DNA from: Desulfuromonas sp.
GTDB taxonomy: Bacteria > Desulfobacterota > Desulfuromonadia > Desulfuromonadales > UBA2294
DNA length: 64,000 nucleotides
Direction of reading: 5' to 3'
Assembly (NCBI GenBank): GCA_002869615.1
Contig: PKUH01000106.1
Span: 6,158 to 70,157 of the forward strand
Part shown: one piece after another, positions 39,216-47,936 of the stretch
Layout of the letters: every line of letters begins with the position of its first letter
Numbering within the stretch: the stretch's first letter is position 1
The notes under the pieces: model-generated
What the model saw: only the letters and a program-made list of their open reading frames with translations
Told to the model about the DNA's origin: nothing
Database searches by the model: none
Translations under genes and position numbers: made by a program

Positions 39216-41129
39216 ATGGCGCCGCCCGAACGACACCATATTATCGGCACGGCCGGTCATGTCGACCACGGCAAAACCGAATTGATCCGGGCCCTGACCG
39301 GGACCGACACCGATCGCCTGCAGGAAGAAAAGGCGCGCGGCATCTCCATCGATCTCGGCTTTGCCCCGTTCAGACTTCCGGACGGCTCGGTGGCCGGTGT
39401 CGTCGATGTTCCGGGTCACGAACGTTTTATTCACAATATGCTCGCCGGCGTCGGCGGAATCGATCTGGTGCTGCTGGTTATCGATGTTCAGGAAGGGATC
39501 ATGCCGCAAACCCGTGAGCACCTGCAGATCCTCGAACTGTTGCAAATCCAACAGGGAATCATTGTCCTGACCAAGTGCGATCTCGCCGAAGATGACTGGA
39601 TCGATATTGTCGAAGAAGAGGTCCGTGAAGAGCTACAGGAAACATTCCTCGAACATGCTCCCTTCTGCCGGGTTTCGTCAATCAGCGGCAGCGGCATTGC
39701 GGAGCTGAAGGAGCAGATCGCCAAAATCCTCAGGCAGGTCGAATCGAAGGATTGCGATGGCCCCCTGCGCCTGCCGATTGATCGCCATTTCAGTGTCGCC
39801 GGTTTCGGCACCGTTGTCACCGGCACCCTGCTCTCGGGCCGCATCAACACCGGCGTTACCACCGAGCTGCTGCCGCCCGGAATCGAAGCCCGGATCCGTG
39901 AAATTCAGGTGCATGGCAAGAAGGTCGAGGCCGCAGCCGCCGGGCAGAGGGTTGCTCTAAACCTCGCCGGCGTTGACCGCGCCAAGTTGAAAAGGGGAGC
40001 GGTGATCGGTACGCCCGGAATCTTTGAACAGACCGAAATGATCGACGTCCGGCTCAACCTTCTGCCGGGCGCTCCGCGGACTCTCAAGTTCCGTGATCCG
40101 GTCCACTTTTACCTCGGTACCGCCCGGGTCGTTGGAATCGTAGCCCTCCTCGACCGCGATGAACTCAAACCTGGTGAAACCGCCATCGTTCAGATCCATC
40201 TCGATCGGCCCCTGGTCGCCCATCGCCAGGATCGATTTATCGTCCGTTCCTATTCGCCGATGACCACCATTGGCGGCGGCATGATCATCGATCCGGGACC
40301 GGCCAAGCACAAACGTTTTCGTGATGAGGTCATGCAGACCCTCTCCGAGCTCGAATCGGGTGAGACCTCGTTCCTGTTGCAGAAAATCAGTGAACTGACC
40401 GGCCCGAAAGTCAAGGAGCTTGAGCAGGCCTCCGGCCTCGGTCGGGAAAGGATCGAGGACCACCTCGAGAGACTGGCAGAAGATGGCACGGTCATCCGGC
40501 TTGGCGATCAGTGGTTGACCGGAGAGACGGTTCGCGCCTGGGAGCGACTGCTGCTTGAACGATGCACCCGGTTCCACGCGGACAACCCGCTCCTCAACGG
40601 CATTCCGCTGGCAACCCTGAAAGGGATTTTGCCGCACCCCCTGGCTGCCAAGGGGTTTGATGCACTGCTCAACCGGCTCGAAGAGCGTGGTGAGCTGACG
40701 CGGCGTCTCGACAACGCGGCTCTGCCCGGTTTCCGGCCGGAACCATCACCTGAGCAAAAGAAAAACATCGACGCCATCCTGAAAAACTACGAGGACGCCG
40801 GGGCATTAGCCAAAAACCGGACGGAAATGCTGGCCCGGCTCAATCTGAGTGAAGCCGAGGCAAACGATTGCCTGGGCTACCTGTTTGCCGAAGGGCTTTT
40901 GATCCGCTTGAATGACGAAAACTTTTTTCATCATAAAACTTTTGATTTCGCCATCTCGCTGCTCCGTGATAAATTTGCCGATAGAGAGTTCAGCCTTGCC
41001 GAGTTTCGCGATGAACTCGGCAGTGCCCGCAAGGCGGTCCAGGCTTTACTCGAATACTTTGACGCGCAGAAATACACGATGCGCAAAGGTGATGTCAGGG
41101 TCGCATGGAAACTGCCCGAAAAAACTTAG
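39216..41129 (+). CDS. selB: Selenocysteine-specific elongation factor
   Basis: G-domain motifs GHVDHGKT, DVPGHERF and TKCD, plus a long C-terminal winged-helix extension. 637 aa. Confidence 0.94.
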   Translation: MAPPERHHIIGTAGHVDHGKTELIRALTGTDTDRLQEEKARGISIDLGFAPFRLPDGSVAGVVDVPGHERFIHNMLAGVGGIDLVLLVIDVQEGIMPQTREHLQILELLQIQQGIIVLTKCDLAEDDWIDIVEEEVREELQETFLEHAPFCRVSSISGSGIAELKEQIAKILRQVESKDCDGPLRLPIDRHFSVAGFGTVVTGTLLSGRINTGVTTELLPPGIEARIREIQVHGKKVEAAAAGQRVALNLAGVDRAKLKRGAVIGTPGIFEQTEMIDVRLNLLPGAPRTLKFRDPVHFYLGTARVVGIVALLDRDELKPGETAIVQIHLDRPLVAHRQDRFIVRSYSPMTTIGGGMIIDPGPAKHKRFRDEVMQTLSELESGETSFLLQKISELTGPKVKELEQASGLGRERIEDHLERLAEDGTVIRLGDQWLTGETVRAWERLLLERCTRFHADNPLLNGIPLATLKGILPHPLAAKGFDALLNRLEERGELTRRLDNAALPGFRPEPSPEQKKNIDAILKNYEDAGALAKNRTEMLARLNLSEAEANDCLGYLFAEGLLIRLNDENFFHHKTFDFAISLLRDKFADREFSLAEFRDELGSARKAVQALLEYFDAQKYTMRKGDVRVAWKLPEKT

Positions 41130-41146
41130 CCAAACGAGGATGATAA

Positions 41147-42184
41147 ATGTCTGGACAGGTCAAGTTGACCAGCCTTTCACGCACCAGTGGTTGAGCCGCC
41201 AAACTGGCCCCCGAGCCGCTGGCGCAGGTGCTGCGTCAGTTACCGAAAACTGAAGATCCCAATCTGTTGACGGCCGGGATTCTCTTTGCCGACGCCGGAG
41301 TTTACCGGATAGCGGACGATTGCGCCCTTGTCCAGTCGGTCGATTTCTTTACGCCGATTGTCGATGATCCGGCGACCTTCGGCCGCATCGCCGCCGCCAA
41401 TGCCCTGTCCGATATCTATGCGATGGGCGGCAAACCAATTACGGCCCTCAACATGGTCGGCTTCCCGAAATGCCTCGATCACGGCATTCTCGTCGAGATC
41501 CTCAAGGGGGGGGCTGAAAAAGCCGCCGAAGGGGGAACCATTATCGTCGGCGGCCATACCGTAGAAGACGATGAACCAAAATACGGCCTGGCAGTGACCG
41601 GACTGATTCACCCCGACAGCATGATCACGACCGCTGGAGCCCAGCCGGGCGACGTTCTGATTCTGACCAAACCGCTCGGTACCGGCATCCTGGCAACAGC
41701 ACTCAAGGGCGAGGTTCTCACCGAGGTGGATATTGCTGAAGCGATTGCCGGGATGGAATCTCTCAATCGCGATGCATCCGAAGCGATGCTGGCCGTCGGA
41801 GTCAATGCCTGTACCGACATTACCGGCTTCGGTTTTCTCGGTCACGCCATCGAAATGGCTGAAGCAAGCTCGGTCTGCATTGAAATTTCAGCCGAAAAAC
41901 TTCCGGTCTATCCACGCGTCCGCGAGATGGCTGCGATGGGGATGATCCCGGCCGGCAACCGGCGGAACCGCAACTATTACTGGCCGAAAGTTCTCGACGG
42001 CCACGTACCGACAACCGACATCATCGACCTTGTCTCCGATCCGCAGACCTCGGGAGGGCTGCTGATATCGGTTGCCGCCGACAAAAAAGAACAATTGATC
42101 CAGCTTCTTGCCAACAAAGGGGTCGATGCCCGCATCGTCGGCGTTATATCATGCGGACGGCCGGGAACGGTCAGAATCGAGTAA
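41147..42184 (+). CDS. selD: Selenophosphate synthetase, Sec-containing form. The in-frame UGA at 41192-41194 is codon 16.
   Basis: The N-terminus extends upstream of the ORF-track start: MSGQVKLTSLSRTSG-U-AAKLAPEPLAQVLRQLPK.... The UGA sits at the position of the catalytic Cys/Sec in the SelD glycine-rich N-terminal loop. The rest is a PurM-like fold (DDPATFGRIAAANALSDIYAMGG). Confidence 0.88.
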
Positions 42185-42199
42185 AGACTTCACCTTTCA

Positions 42200-43885
42200 T
42201 TATTGAGAAGAGCTGCTTTTGCCAAGCCTGAGGTAGGCGAATTGTTGAGCCGCGTACAAATCCCTGTTCATTCCTGATGTCTGCTCCATAAATGCAATAT
42301 CCTTCAAAACATCCCGATAAATCACTGACCTGTTTTTAATTTCAGGTAATTTAGAATTGGGGAACGCGTTTCTTCTTAGAAAAACCATGGAAACTTCGTC
42401 ATGGTAAACAAAACTCCACTCAGGAGTTTGCCATAAATAATCTGTTAATTTGTACAACTCACCGGTAAAAGGGTTTAGTCTCGGAACCAGGATAATATCA
42501 ATCTGATTTGAATCCAGAATCCTTTTCGTTTTATCAGGCAGCCACAACACACGCGTATAGGCGTCGAAAAGACGAAGGTTCAAACTTCTGCCATCGATAA
42601 ATGTGACAAGCTGTCCCGGTGCATGCCATGCCAAGTAGCCCCCCCAATTAAAATGGTTAAAAATATTTCCTGACAACTCATGGGATTGCAAGAATGCGAC
42701 AGCTTCTTCCGGGAACCGTCTTTCATTCACAGGGTTTTCCGACAACACACGGTAACTTTCCGAAACCTGGCGTACAGCCTGCCACGCCAGGAGGACTATC
42801 AGTGACAGGGTCACTCCGGCAGTAAATACTTTCAAGGTATTATTCTCACGACGCCTGATTTCATACTTATCAAAGATGAAAACGACAAAACCACTGATGA
42901 AAAACGGAGCGTAACGAAAAGCCGTCGTACTGACGAGAAACAAAAAAGAGACAATGGCGAGTTTGGTTAATGATATTTTCAGTCTGTTTAAGAACAGAAT
43001 TGCAATAAAAAGGAAAAGAGCGAAAAAATATGGCCAGTAGACCAGAATATCTCTTTTCGCAAGAACAAAGGGCGACAGGTATTCCGATGATTTCTGTTGA
43101 ATCAGCCCCCCTTGGGACTGGATAAACTGCATGTAAATATTGAGTCCGTTCGGATTAAGGAGAGTTGAAAAAATTGCAAGAACGATAATCCCCCATAAAA
43201 TCATGAGTCTTTTTTTAGGGTTGCCGCTGTGAAGTATACTACCACTTTCAAATACAATGAAAAGAGCGAGAACAGCAACCCCAAGGAGAAAACCACCGTG
43301 CAGGTTGGCCCATAGCAGCATAAACGGTGGAAGGAGTATTGCCGCTCGCAAATTGTATTGCTTCTTTTCATCCATCTCCGCAGAAAAACCGACTGCTGCC
43401 AGGAGTATGAAAAATATTGGGACTAATAGCAAAGTCAAATGATTCGGCCTCAGACCGGGAACATAGACCAGCCCCCATCCCAAAAGCAGTGAAGCTAGGA
43501 TCGCGACTTCGAAGCTGATATTACGGATGCGGAAATATAAAAAGGTAACAACAATGGGTAAAGAGATGAGGACAGCGCGAAAGATAACCATGCCCTGTTC
43601 AGCACTAAAGATGAAAACCTTATAAAGTATAATCTGGGAAAGCCAATAGCCGTTCAGAATTATCTCACGATCTGGAGAAATAGCTCGACCGGCCAGACCG
43701 AAAGGATCATGATTCAACAGGGATCCGGTTTGACAGATATGCCGTCCTGTCGCGAGATGCCACCAGATGTCGATGTCCGAGATCGGTTCAATAGCTAAGA
43801 TGAAAAAACTTGCAGTAACGACTATCAGGCCGACCACCTGGAGAGGGTGATTGATCTGGCTATATTTTCCAATAAGCTTTTTCAC
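42200..43885 (-). CDS. Polytopic membrane protein, possibly a GT-C-fold glycosyltransferase-like protein, with a C-terminal soluble domain. Function unknown.
   Basis: 561 aa with about 12 predicted TM helices. An acidic motif (ISDIDIWWHL) follows TM1, as in GT-C enzymes. The C-terminal domain of about 190 aa contains FNHFNWGGYLAW...FIDGR. The gene is visibly more A/T-rich than its neighbours. Confidence 0.45.
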   Translation of the reverse strand: MKKLIGKYSQINHPLQVVGLIVVTASFFILAIEPISDIDIWWHLATGRHICQTGSLLNHDPFGLAGRAISPDREIILNGYWLSQIILYKVFIFSAEQGMVIFRAVLISLPIVVTFLYFRIRNISFEVAILASLLLGWGLVYVPGLRPNHLTLLLVPIFFILLAAVGFSAEMDEKKQYNLRAAILLPPFMLLWANLHGGFLLGVAVLALFIVFESGSILHSGNPKKRLMILWGIIVLAIFSTLLNPNGLNIYMQFIQSQGGLIQQKSSEYLSPFVLAKRDILVYWPYFFALFLFIAILFLNRLKISLTKLAIVSFLFLVSTTAFRYAPFFISGFVVFIFDKYEIRRRENNTLKVFTAGVTLSLIVLLAWQAVRQVSESYRVLSENPVNERRFPEEAVAFLQSHELSGNIFNHFNWGGYLAWHAPGQLVTFIDGRSLNLRLFDAYTRVLWLPDKTKRILDSNQIDIILVPRLNPFTGELYKLTDYLWQTPEWSFVYHDEVSMVFLRRNAFPNSKLPEIKNRSVIYRDVLKDIAFMEQTSGMNRDLYAAQQFAYLRLGKSSSSQ

Positions 43886-43932
43886 CTGAAAAACCTTGTA
43901 GATCCTATAGTTAGATTATTAGTGGAGAGATT

Positions 43933-44343
43933 TCAGAGATCCCCTGTTAATTTCTGAAGCCTGAACAATTTCGGATTCAGGATTTTGACACATTCAACAA
44001 TATCCTGCAAACCCTGTTCATCAACCCTCTCTTCCTCATCTTTCCCTTGAAACCAGGCATACCCTTTCGGCAATTCAGAGGGTCGGCCGCCGCGCATCAA
44101 CATTACGTCAACCATCTCGTTCACCCGACCCTCTGCTTCCCAGGGATCACGATAATCATATTGCCGAGCGATAATGTTGAGCATCAAACCATTCGGAAAT
44201 TGCGCCCGCACCTCGAACGAATATTCGCGCGGCGCGCTGTAATTATCGGTTCGGCCACTGCGCGACATCGCCCGGGCACCGGCCGCGTCAAGCATTTCCT
44301 TGACCGTCTCCTCGGTCATCGGTTTTTGTTCGGTCATTAACAA
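43933..44343 (-). CDS. Hypothetical protein (136 aa)
   Basis: ORF only. I recognise no motif. Codon usage looks native. Confidence 0.4.
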   Translation of the reverse strand: MLMTEQKPMTEETVKEMLDAAGARAMSRSGRTDNYSAPREYSFEVRAQFPNGLMLNIIARQYDYRDPWEAEGRVNEMVDVMLMRGGRPSELPKGYAWFQGKDEEERVDEQGLQDIVECVKILNPKLFRLQKLTGDL

Positions 44344-44407
44344 ATTCCTTTTCTAAAAATAAATTCGCCAGCAGGCCGCGAAGAAAAACAATCTCAATAG
44401 ACACACC

Positions 44408-44528
44408 TTTTAACGGAGAGACGCGAAGGTGGAGAGGGAATCCACACACACAAAAAATTCAGTATTCGATCTGACGCTTGATAACTCGTTTCCTGTTGCC
44501 TCTACCTCTCTCCGCCTCTCCGTTAAAT
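44408..44528. repeat. Imperfect long inverted repeat with a 12-nt perfect core (TTTAACGGAGAG ... CTCTCCGTTAAA) and purine-rich / pyrimidine-rich arms of about 28 nt
   Basis: Left arm tttaacggagagacgcgaaggtggagaggg (from 44408). Right arm cctctacctctctccgcctctccgttaaa (to 44528). The arms are about 60 nt apart. The repeat lies in the 240-nt gap between the vWA gene stop and the start of the 136-aa ORF. Confidence 0.6.
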
Positions 44529-44583
44529 GCCGTGAGTTTTAATAACTTCTTGGTGCCTTCGTGGCAAACACGCCTGTCATTTA

Positions 44584-45804
44584 TCACGTGTGCAGTCGCA
44601 GCTCCACTCCCCAGTCGGCCGGTTTCTGGCCATCGATGGTCAGAGCCCAGAGGGTCGGGAACTCCATCGTCTCCGGGACAGGACCATAACCATCGGTCAG
44701 ATAGATGACGGCGGCCGGTTGCGGCTGCATGGTTCGGGCATATGCAAAAACCGGGCGCAGATCGGTAAACCCGCCACCGGTCACGACTTCAGCAACCACA
44801 TTACTGCCGGTGAAAGAATCGACCTTCTGAATGCGGCTGTTGGCATAAAGAACCGTGATCAGGCTGTCGCGGCTTCTGGCGATCTGCAGCAGTTCGCGGG
44901 CGAACGCTTTCCGCAATTCGAGAATATCAGTCGACTCACTGGTATCGATACCGACCAGCAGATTCAGGCGCTTTTTCTTGCGAACTCCCGGGGTACTGTG
45001 CGAAAAACGCCGATGTTGGCGTTTCCAGGTTGACTGTATGCCGACCCGTCCGGCGGTCGCGACAAACTGGCGCAGAATTTCTCGCCACGGAATGGCCGGT
45101 GGGACCAGCCAGCCTTCAACCAGTTGTTGGACATCGGCCGGCACCTCGCCGCCACTTTTCCGGTGCGCATCAACGACCATATCGCGAACGGCCTGTTCCG
45201 CCAGGCGCTCCGGTGTCGAGCCGGCATCATCCCAGAGGCTGTGGTCATCAATGGTACGAGGAGCAAAGGACTGCGCCGAAGTGCTTTCCCTTTCCGGGCC
45301 GTCAGCGCTTTCCTTTTCAGGGGTGGCCGTACCATAGCCATCGCCGCGCAGGTTGCCGGTATCGAATTGTGGGGTCAGCAGGCGGGCATACTCTTCGGCG
45401 GCCCGACCGGGTTCGAGGCGAAAACGGTCGGGTTGCAGAGCTTCGGCCGGCAGGTTGTCGATGGTCGGGTTGATCGCCAGGTCGGTTGCGACATCCCAGG
45501 TCAGCGGATGAAATATTCCACGGCGAAACGGGTGCATGTGCAGGATATGTTTGAGTCCGTGCTCAAGAAGAGCCTGCTGTTCCGAGTTGCTGAATTGAAG
45601 AAAAGGTTCAGGGTTGATCGCCAGCAGGGGAGTGCCATTGCGCACCGTGGCGCCGAGGCAGCCATCGGTCGAAGTCAATTCACGGCGAAAGTTCATCAGG
45701 AAATGCCCGTAAAAAGGCTTTTCCTTCAACAGGCGGATGACCGAATTCTCGAGCGCACGTTGTCCATTCTGCTGCAATGAGGAGAATTCAGCCATAGCGG
45801 TCAC
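44584..45804 (-). CDS. DUF2201-type protein: N-terminal zincin-like (putative metallopeptidase) domain plus C-terminal vWA domain
   Basis: 406 aa. The N-terminal half contains ..ALLEHGLKHILHMHP.. and WDVATDLAINP (DUF2201_N-like). The C-terminal half has the MIDAS motif GIDTSES (DxSxS) and a vWA-like fold. It starts 4 nt after the AAA+ gene. Confidence 0.7.
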   Translation of the reverse strand: MTAMAEFSSLQQNGQRALENSVIRLLKEKPFYGHFLMNFRRELTSTDGCLGATVRNGTPLLAINPEPFLQFSNSEQQALLEHGLKHILHMHPFRRGIFHPLTWDVATDLAINPTIDNLPAEALQPDRFRLEPGRAAEEYARLLTPQFDTGNLRGDGYGTATPEKESADGPERESTSAQSFAPRTIDDHSLWDDAGSTPERLAEQAVRDMVVDAHRKSGGEVPADVQQLVEGWLVPPAIPWREILRQFVATAGRVGIQSTWKRQHRRFSHSTPGVRKKKRLNLLVGIDTSESTDILELRKAFARELLQIARSRDSLITVLYANSRIQKVDSFTGSNVVAEVVTGGGFTDLRPVFAYARTMQPQPAAVIYLTDGYGPVPETMEFPTLWALTIDGQKPADWGVELRLHT

Positions 45805-45807
45805 CGA

Positions 45808-46869
45808 TCAGGAAGCCTCTTCGCTGATCGCACTGATGGCGTCGAGTACCAAGGCATCGTGTTCATCCTTGCAGAGCAAAGCTGCTACCTCCGGGATCTT
45901 GACCAGTGACTTGACCAGTCCGAACCGGGCGTCACGCGGCAGGACCGCGATGTAAGCGACCAGATGTTTCTCACGCACCGGGCTGAGGCTCGGCTCCAGT
46001 TGCAGGGTCGACACCAGGTCGTTCATGGTCACCGCCTGGGCATCATCACGCTGGGCAACAACCCGGGGTTCGACCTCCGGCCAGGTATCGAGGACTTCAT
46101 TGGCGCTAACCGGCCGTTCGCTTTTTTCACGGCACCAGCGCAGGAAGCTGACCGCGGCTTCCTGGCCAACGATGCCGGCATAGACTTCCATTTCGAGTTC
46201 GTCAGCAAACCGGCACGACCTGCGCAAGGTGCTGACCATCTCCCAGGCCCGCTCGCTCGGTTCCATCTGCATATCGAGTGGCGCCCCCTGGCGCGCCAGG
46301 AACTGCGGCTGGCCGGAGAGAAACTGCCGCACCGATTCATCGAAATCCTGTTCCCGGGCATAGTCGGCCCAACAGCGGTAATCGGTTTCAACGTAAAGCA
46401 TCACCATCCGGTCGAGCAGGGCCCGGTCGAGAGTCGCCACCTGGTAGCTTCCATCCGGCGGGTTGATCGAAACGACAACCTTATGCTTCGGGTGCAGGGT
46501 GTGGGTATGTAAAGCTCGACACCTACCCGCCAGCGGCGGCTCGACGAACTGGAAGATCGCCTGCAGGGTATCCTCCTGCTGGGCCCGGTTGAGCTCATCG
46601 CAGTGAATGATGGACGCTTCGTTCTCATCATCCGGCCACCACGACGGCCGCGACCAGTACATGACCTTGCCCTCGCGATACGGGATGCCGACCAGGTCGC
46701 CAACCTCCATCTGGCCGAGGCGGAGAGAAACATATTTCCGACCAATCTCGTTACAGACCTGGAGGATTCCGGCCGATTTGCCGACTCCGCGGTGACCTAC
46801 AACACATGGTGTGAGCTCGGTGTGAAGAATGATTTCGTGAAGAACCGATTTCATTTGTGCAATATTCAT
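45808..46869 (-). CDS. MoxR/AAA_5-type AAA+ ATPase
   Basis: Walker A GHRGVGKS and Walker B SIIHCDELNRA. The start is uncertain between the ATG at 46869 (MNIAQMK) and the TTG at 46908. Confidence 0.8.
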   Translation of the reverse strand: MNIAQMKSVLHEIILHTELTPCVVGHRGVGKSAGILQVCNEIGRKYVSLRLGQMEVGDLVGIPYREGKVMYWSRPSWWPDDENEASIIHCDELNRAQQEDTLQAIFQFVEPPLAGRCRALHTHTLHPKHKVVVSINPPDGSYQVATLDRALLDRMVMLYVETDYRCWADYAREQDFDESVRQFLSGQPQFLARQGAPLDMQMEPSERAWEMVSTLRRSCRFADELEMEVYAGIVGQEAAVSFLRWCREKSERPVSANEVLDTWPEVEPRVVAQRDDAQAVTMNDLVSTLQLEPSLSPVREKHLVAYIAVLPRDARFGLVKSLVKIPEVAALLCKDEHDALVLDAISAISEEAS

Positions 46870-47163
46870 TTTGAGGGTCCGTTGATTGTTGACAAACAGG
46901 GTTATCAATTACCATATCAAGACGAATGACGCAACCAACCAGAGAAAGCATCAATAATGATTATTATCTCTGGCAGCCTTGTCAATTTACGTTTTTTGGT
47001 ACCGTGATTTAACACATATTAATTTTGAGTTCATGCCAAGGCTCGTATCATAATCCATTAGCAAAAAGATTAAACATGACTCCACGCCATAAAGTTCTAT
47101 GAAATCAATTGCTTACAAAAAAAACACGGCCAAATCCCTAAACTGACAATAAAGTTCTGATTT

Positions 47164-47179
47164 TGGTATATTGCTTGCT
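47164..47179 (+). promoter_or_regulatory. Candidate sigma-54 (RpoN) promoter
   Basis: TGGTAT-ATTGC-TTGCT matches the TGGCAC-N5-TTGCW consensus, with the invariant GG and GC at canonical spacing. It lies about 135 nt upstream of the cytochrome ATG. Confidence 0.5.
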
Positions 47180-47314
47180 AGTTATTTTCAAACGTGGATT
47201 CCTATATATCCATATCCATGAAATGCCGGTCTTATCTTCCCTGCAGAACCTCAAAGGCTGCAGACTGATGGGGTTGAAGGTGATGCTGGCCAACAGACAA
47301 AAGGAGAAGAAGGT

Positions 47315-47905
47315 ATGAAGAAGTTTATTGTCCTAACCGCTGCTCTGGTTTTTATGAGCAGCAGCGCTTTTGCGCTGATTGCCAACTCCGGTCATGATTT
47401 CACCGGAACGTTTACCAATGACATCTGCGCACCGTGCCATGTTCCTCATAACGGAACAACTGGTGTCGGACCACTGTGGTCACACTCATCGGCTACCGCG
47501 ACTTCGTTTACCATGTACTCGAACGCAACCATTGATATGACCATCGCAGGCTCTCCGCAAGCTGAATCTCTGGCATGCCTGAGCTGCCATGACGGCGAGA
47601 CAAACCTCGACGACTTCATCGGCAGCGCCACTACCGGCACTACAATGACCGCAGGTATTGCTGCAAACCTCGGCACTGACTTGAGTGATGACCATCCGAT
47701 CAGCATTACCTACGATACAGCTCAAGACGCTGCTTACAATACGATCGCCAATGCTACAGCTGATGGCATCGTTTTCTACTGCGCTTGTTCAAATCAGGTC
47801 GAATGTGCATCTTGCCACGATGTTCACAACTCGTTTGATGTTGCTCCGCTGCTCCGTTTCTCGAATGCTGGTAGTAACATGTGCTTGGCCTGCCACATTA
47901 AGTAA
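47315..47905 (+). CDS. Secreted tetrahaem c-type cytochrome
   Basis: Signal peptide MKKFIVLTAALVFMSSSAFA and four CxxCH motifs (CAPCH, CLSCH, CASCH, CLACH). It shows paired-CXXCH style contexts (GHDF....CAPCHVPH, DDHPIS, CASCHDVH). AAAGGAGAAG RBS. Confidence 0.88.
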   Translation: MKKFIVLTAALVFMSSSAFALIANSGHDFTGTFTNDICAPCHVPHNGTTGVGPLWSHSSATATSFTMYSNATIDMTIAGSPQAESLACLSCHDGETNLDDFIGSATTGTTMTAGIAANLGTDLSDDHPISITYDTAQDAAYNTIANATADGIVFYCACSNQVECASCHDVHNSFDVAPLLRFSNAGSNMCLACHIK

Positions 47906-47936
47906 TTTTGCCTGGCTTAAGTAAGTAACACCTGAT

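Noticed and set aside
46971-46986. Second sigma-54-like element TGGCAGCCTTGTCAAT
   Set aside because: The -24 GG is present, but the -12 position reads TCAA instead of TTGC, so the GC dinucleotide is missing at the required spacing.
47180-47314. GEMM-I (c-di-GMP/cGAMP) riboswitch in the cytochrome 5' leader
   Set aside because: There is no ACGCACAGGGCAAACC or ACGCAAAGC-type core. Only a CTGCAG...CTGCAG local hairpin is present.
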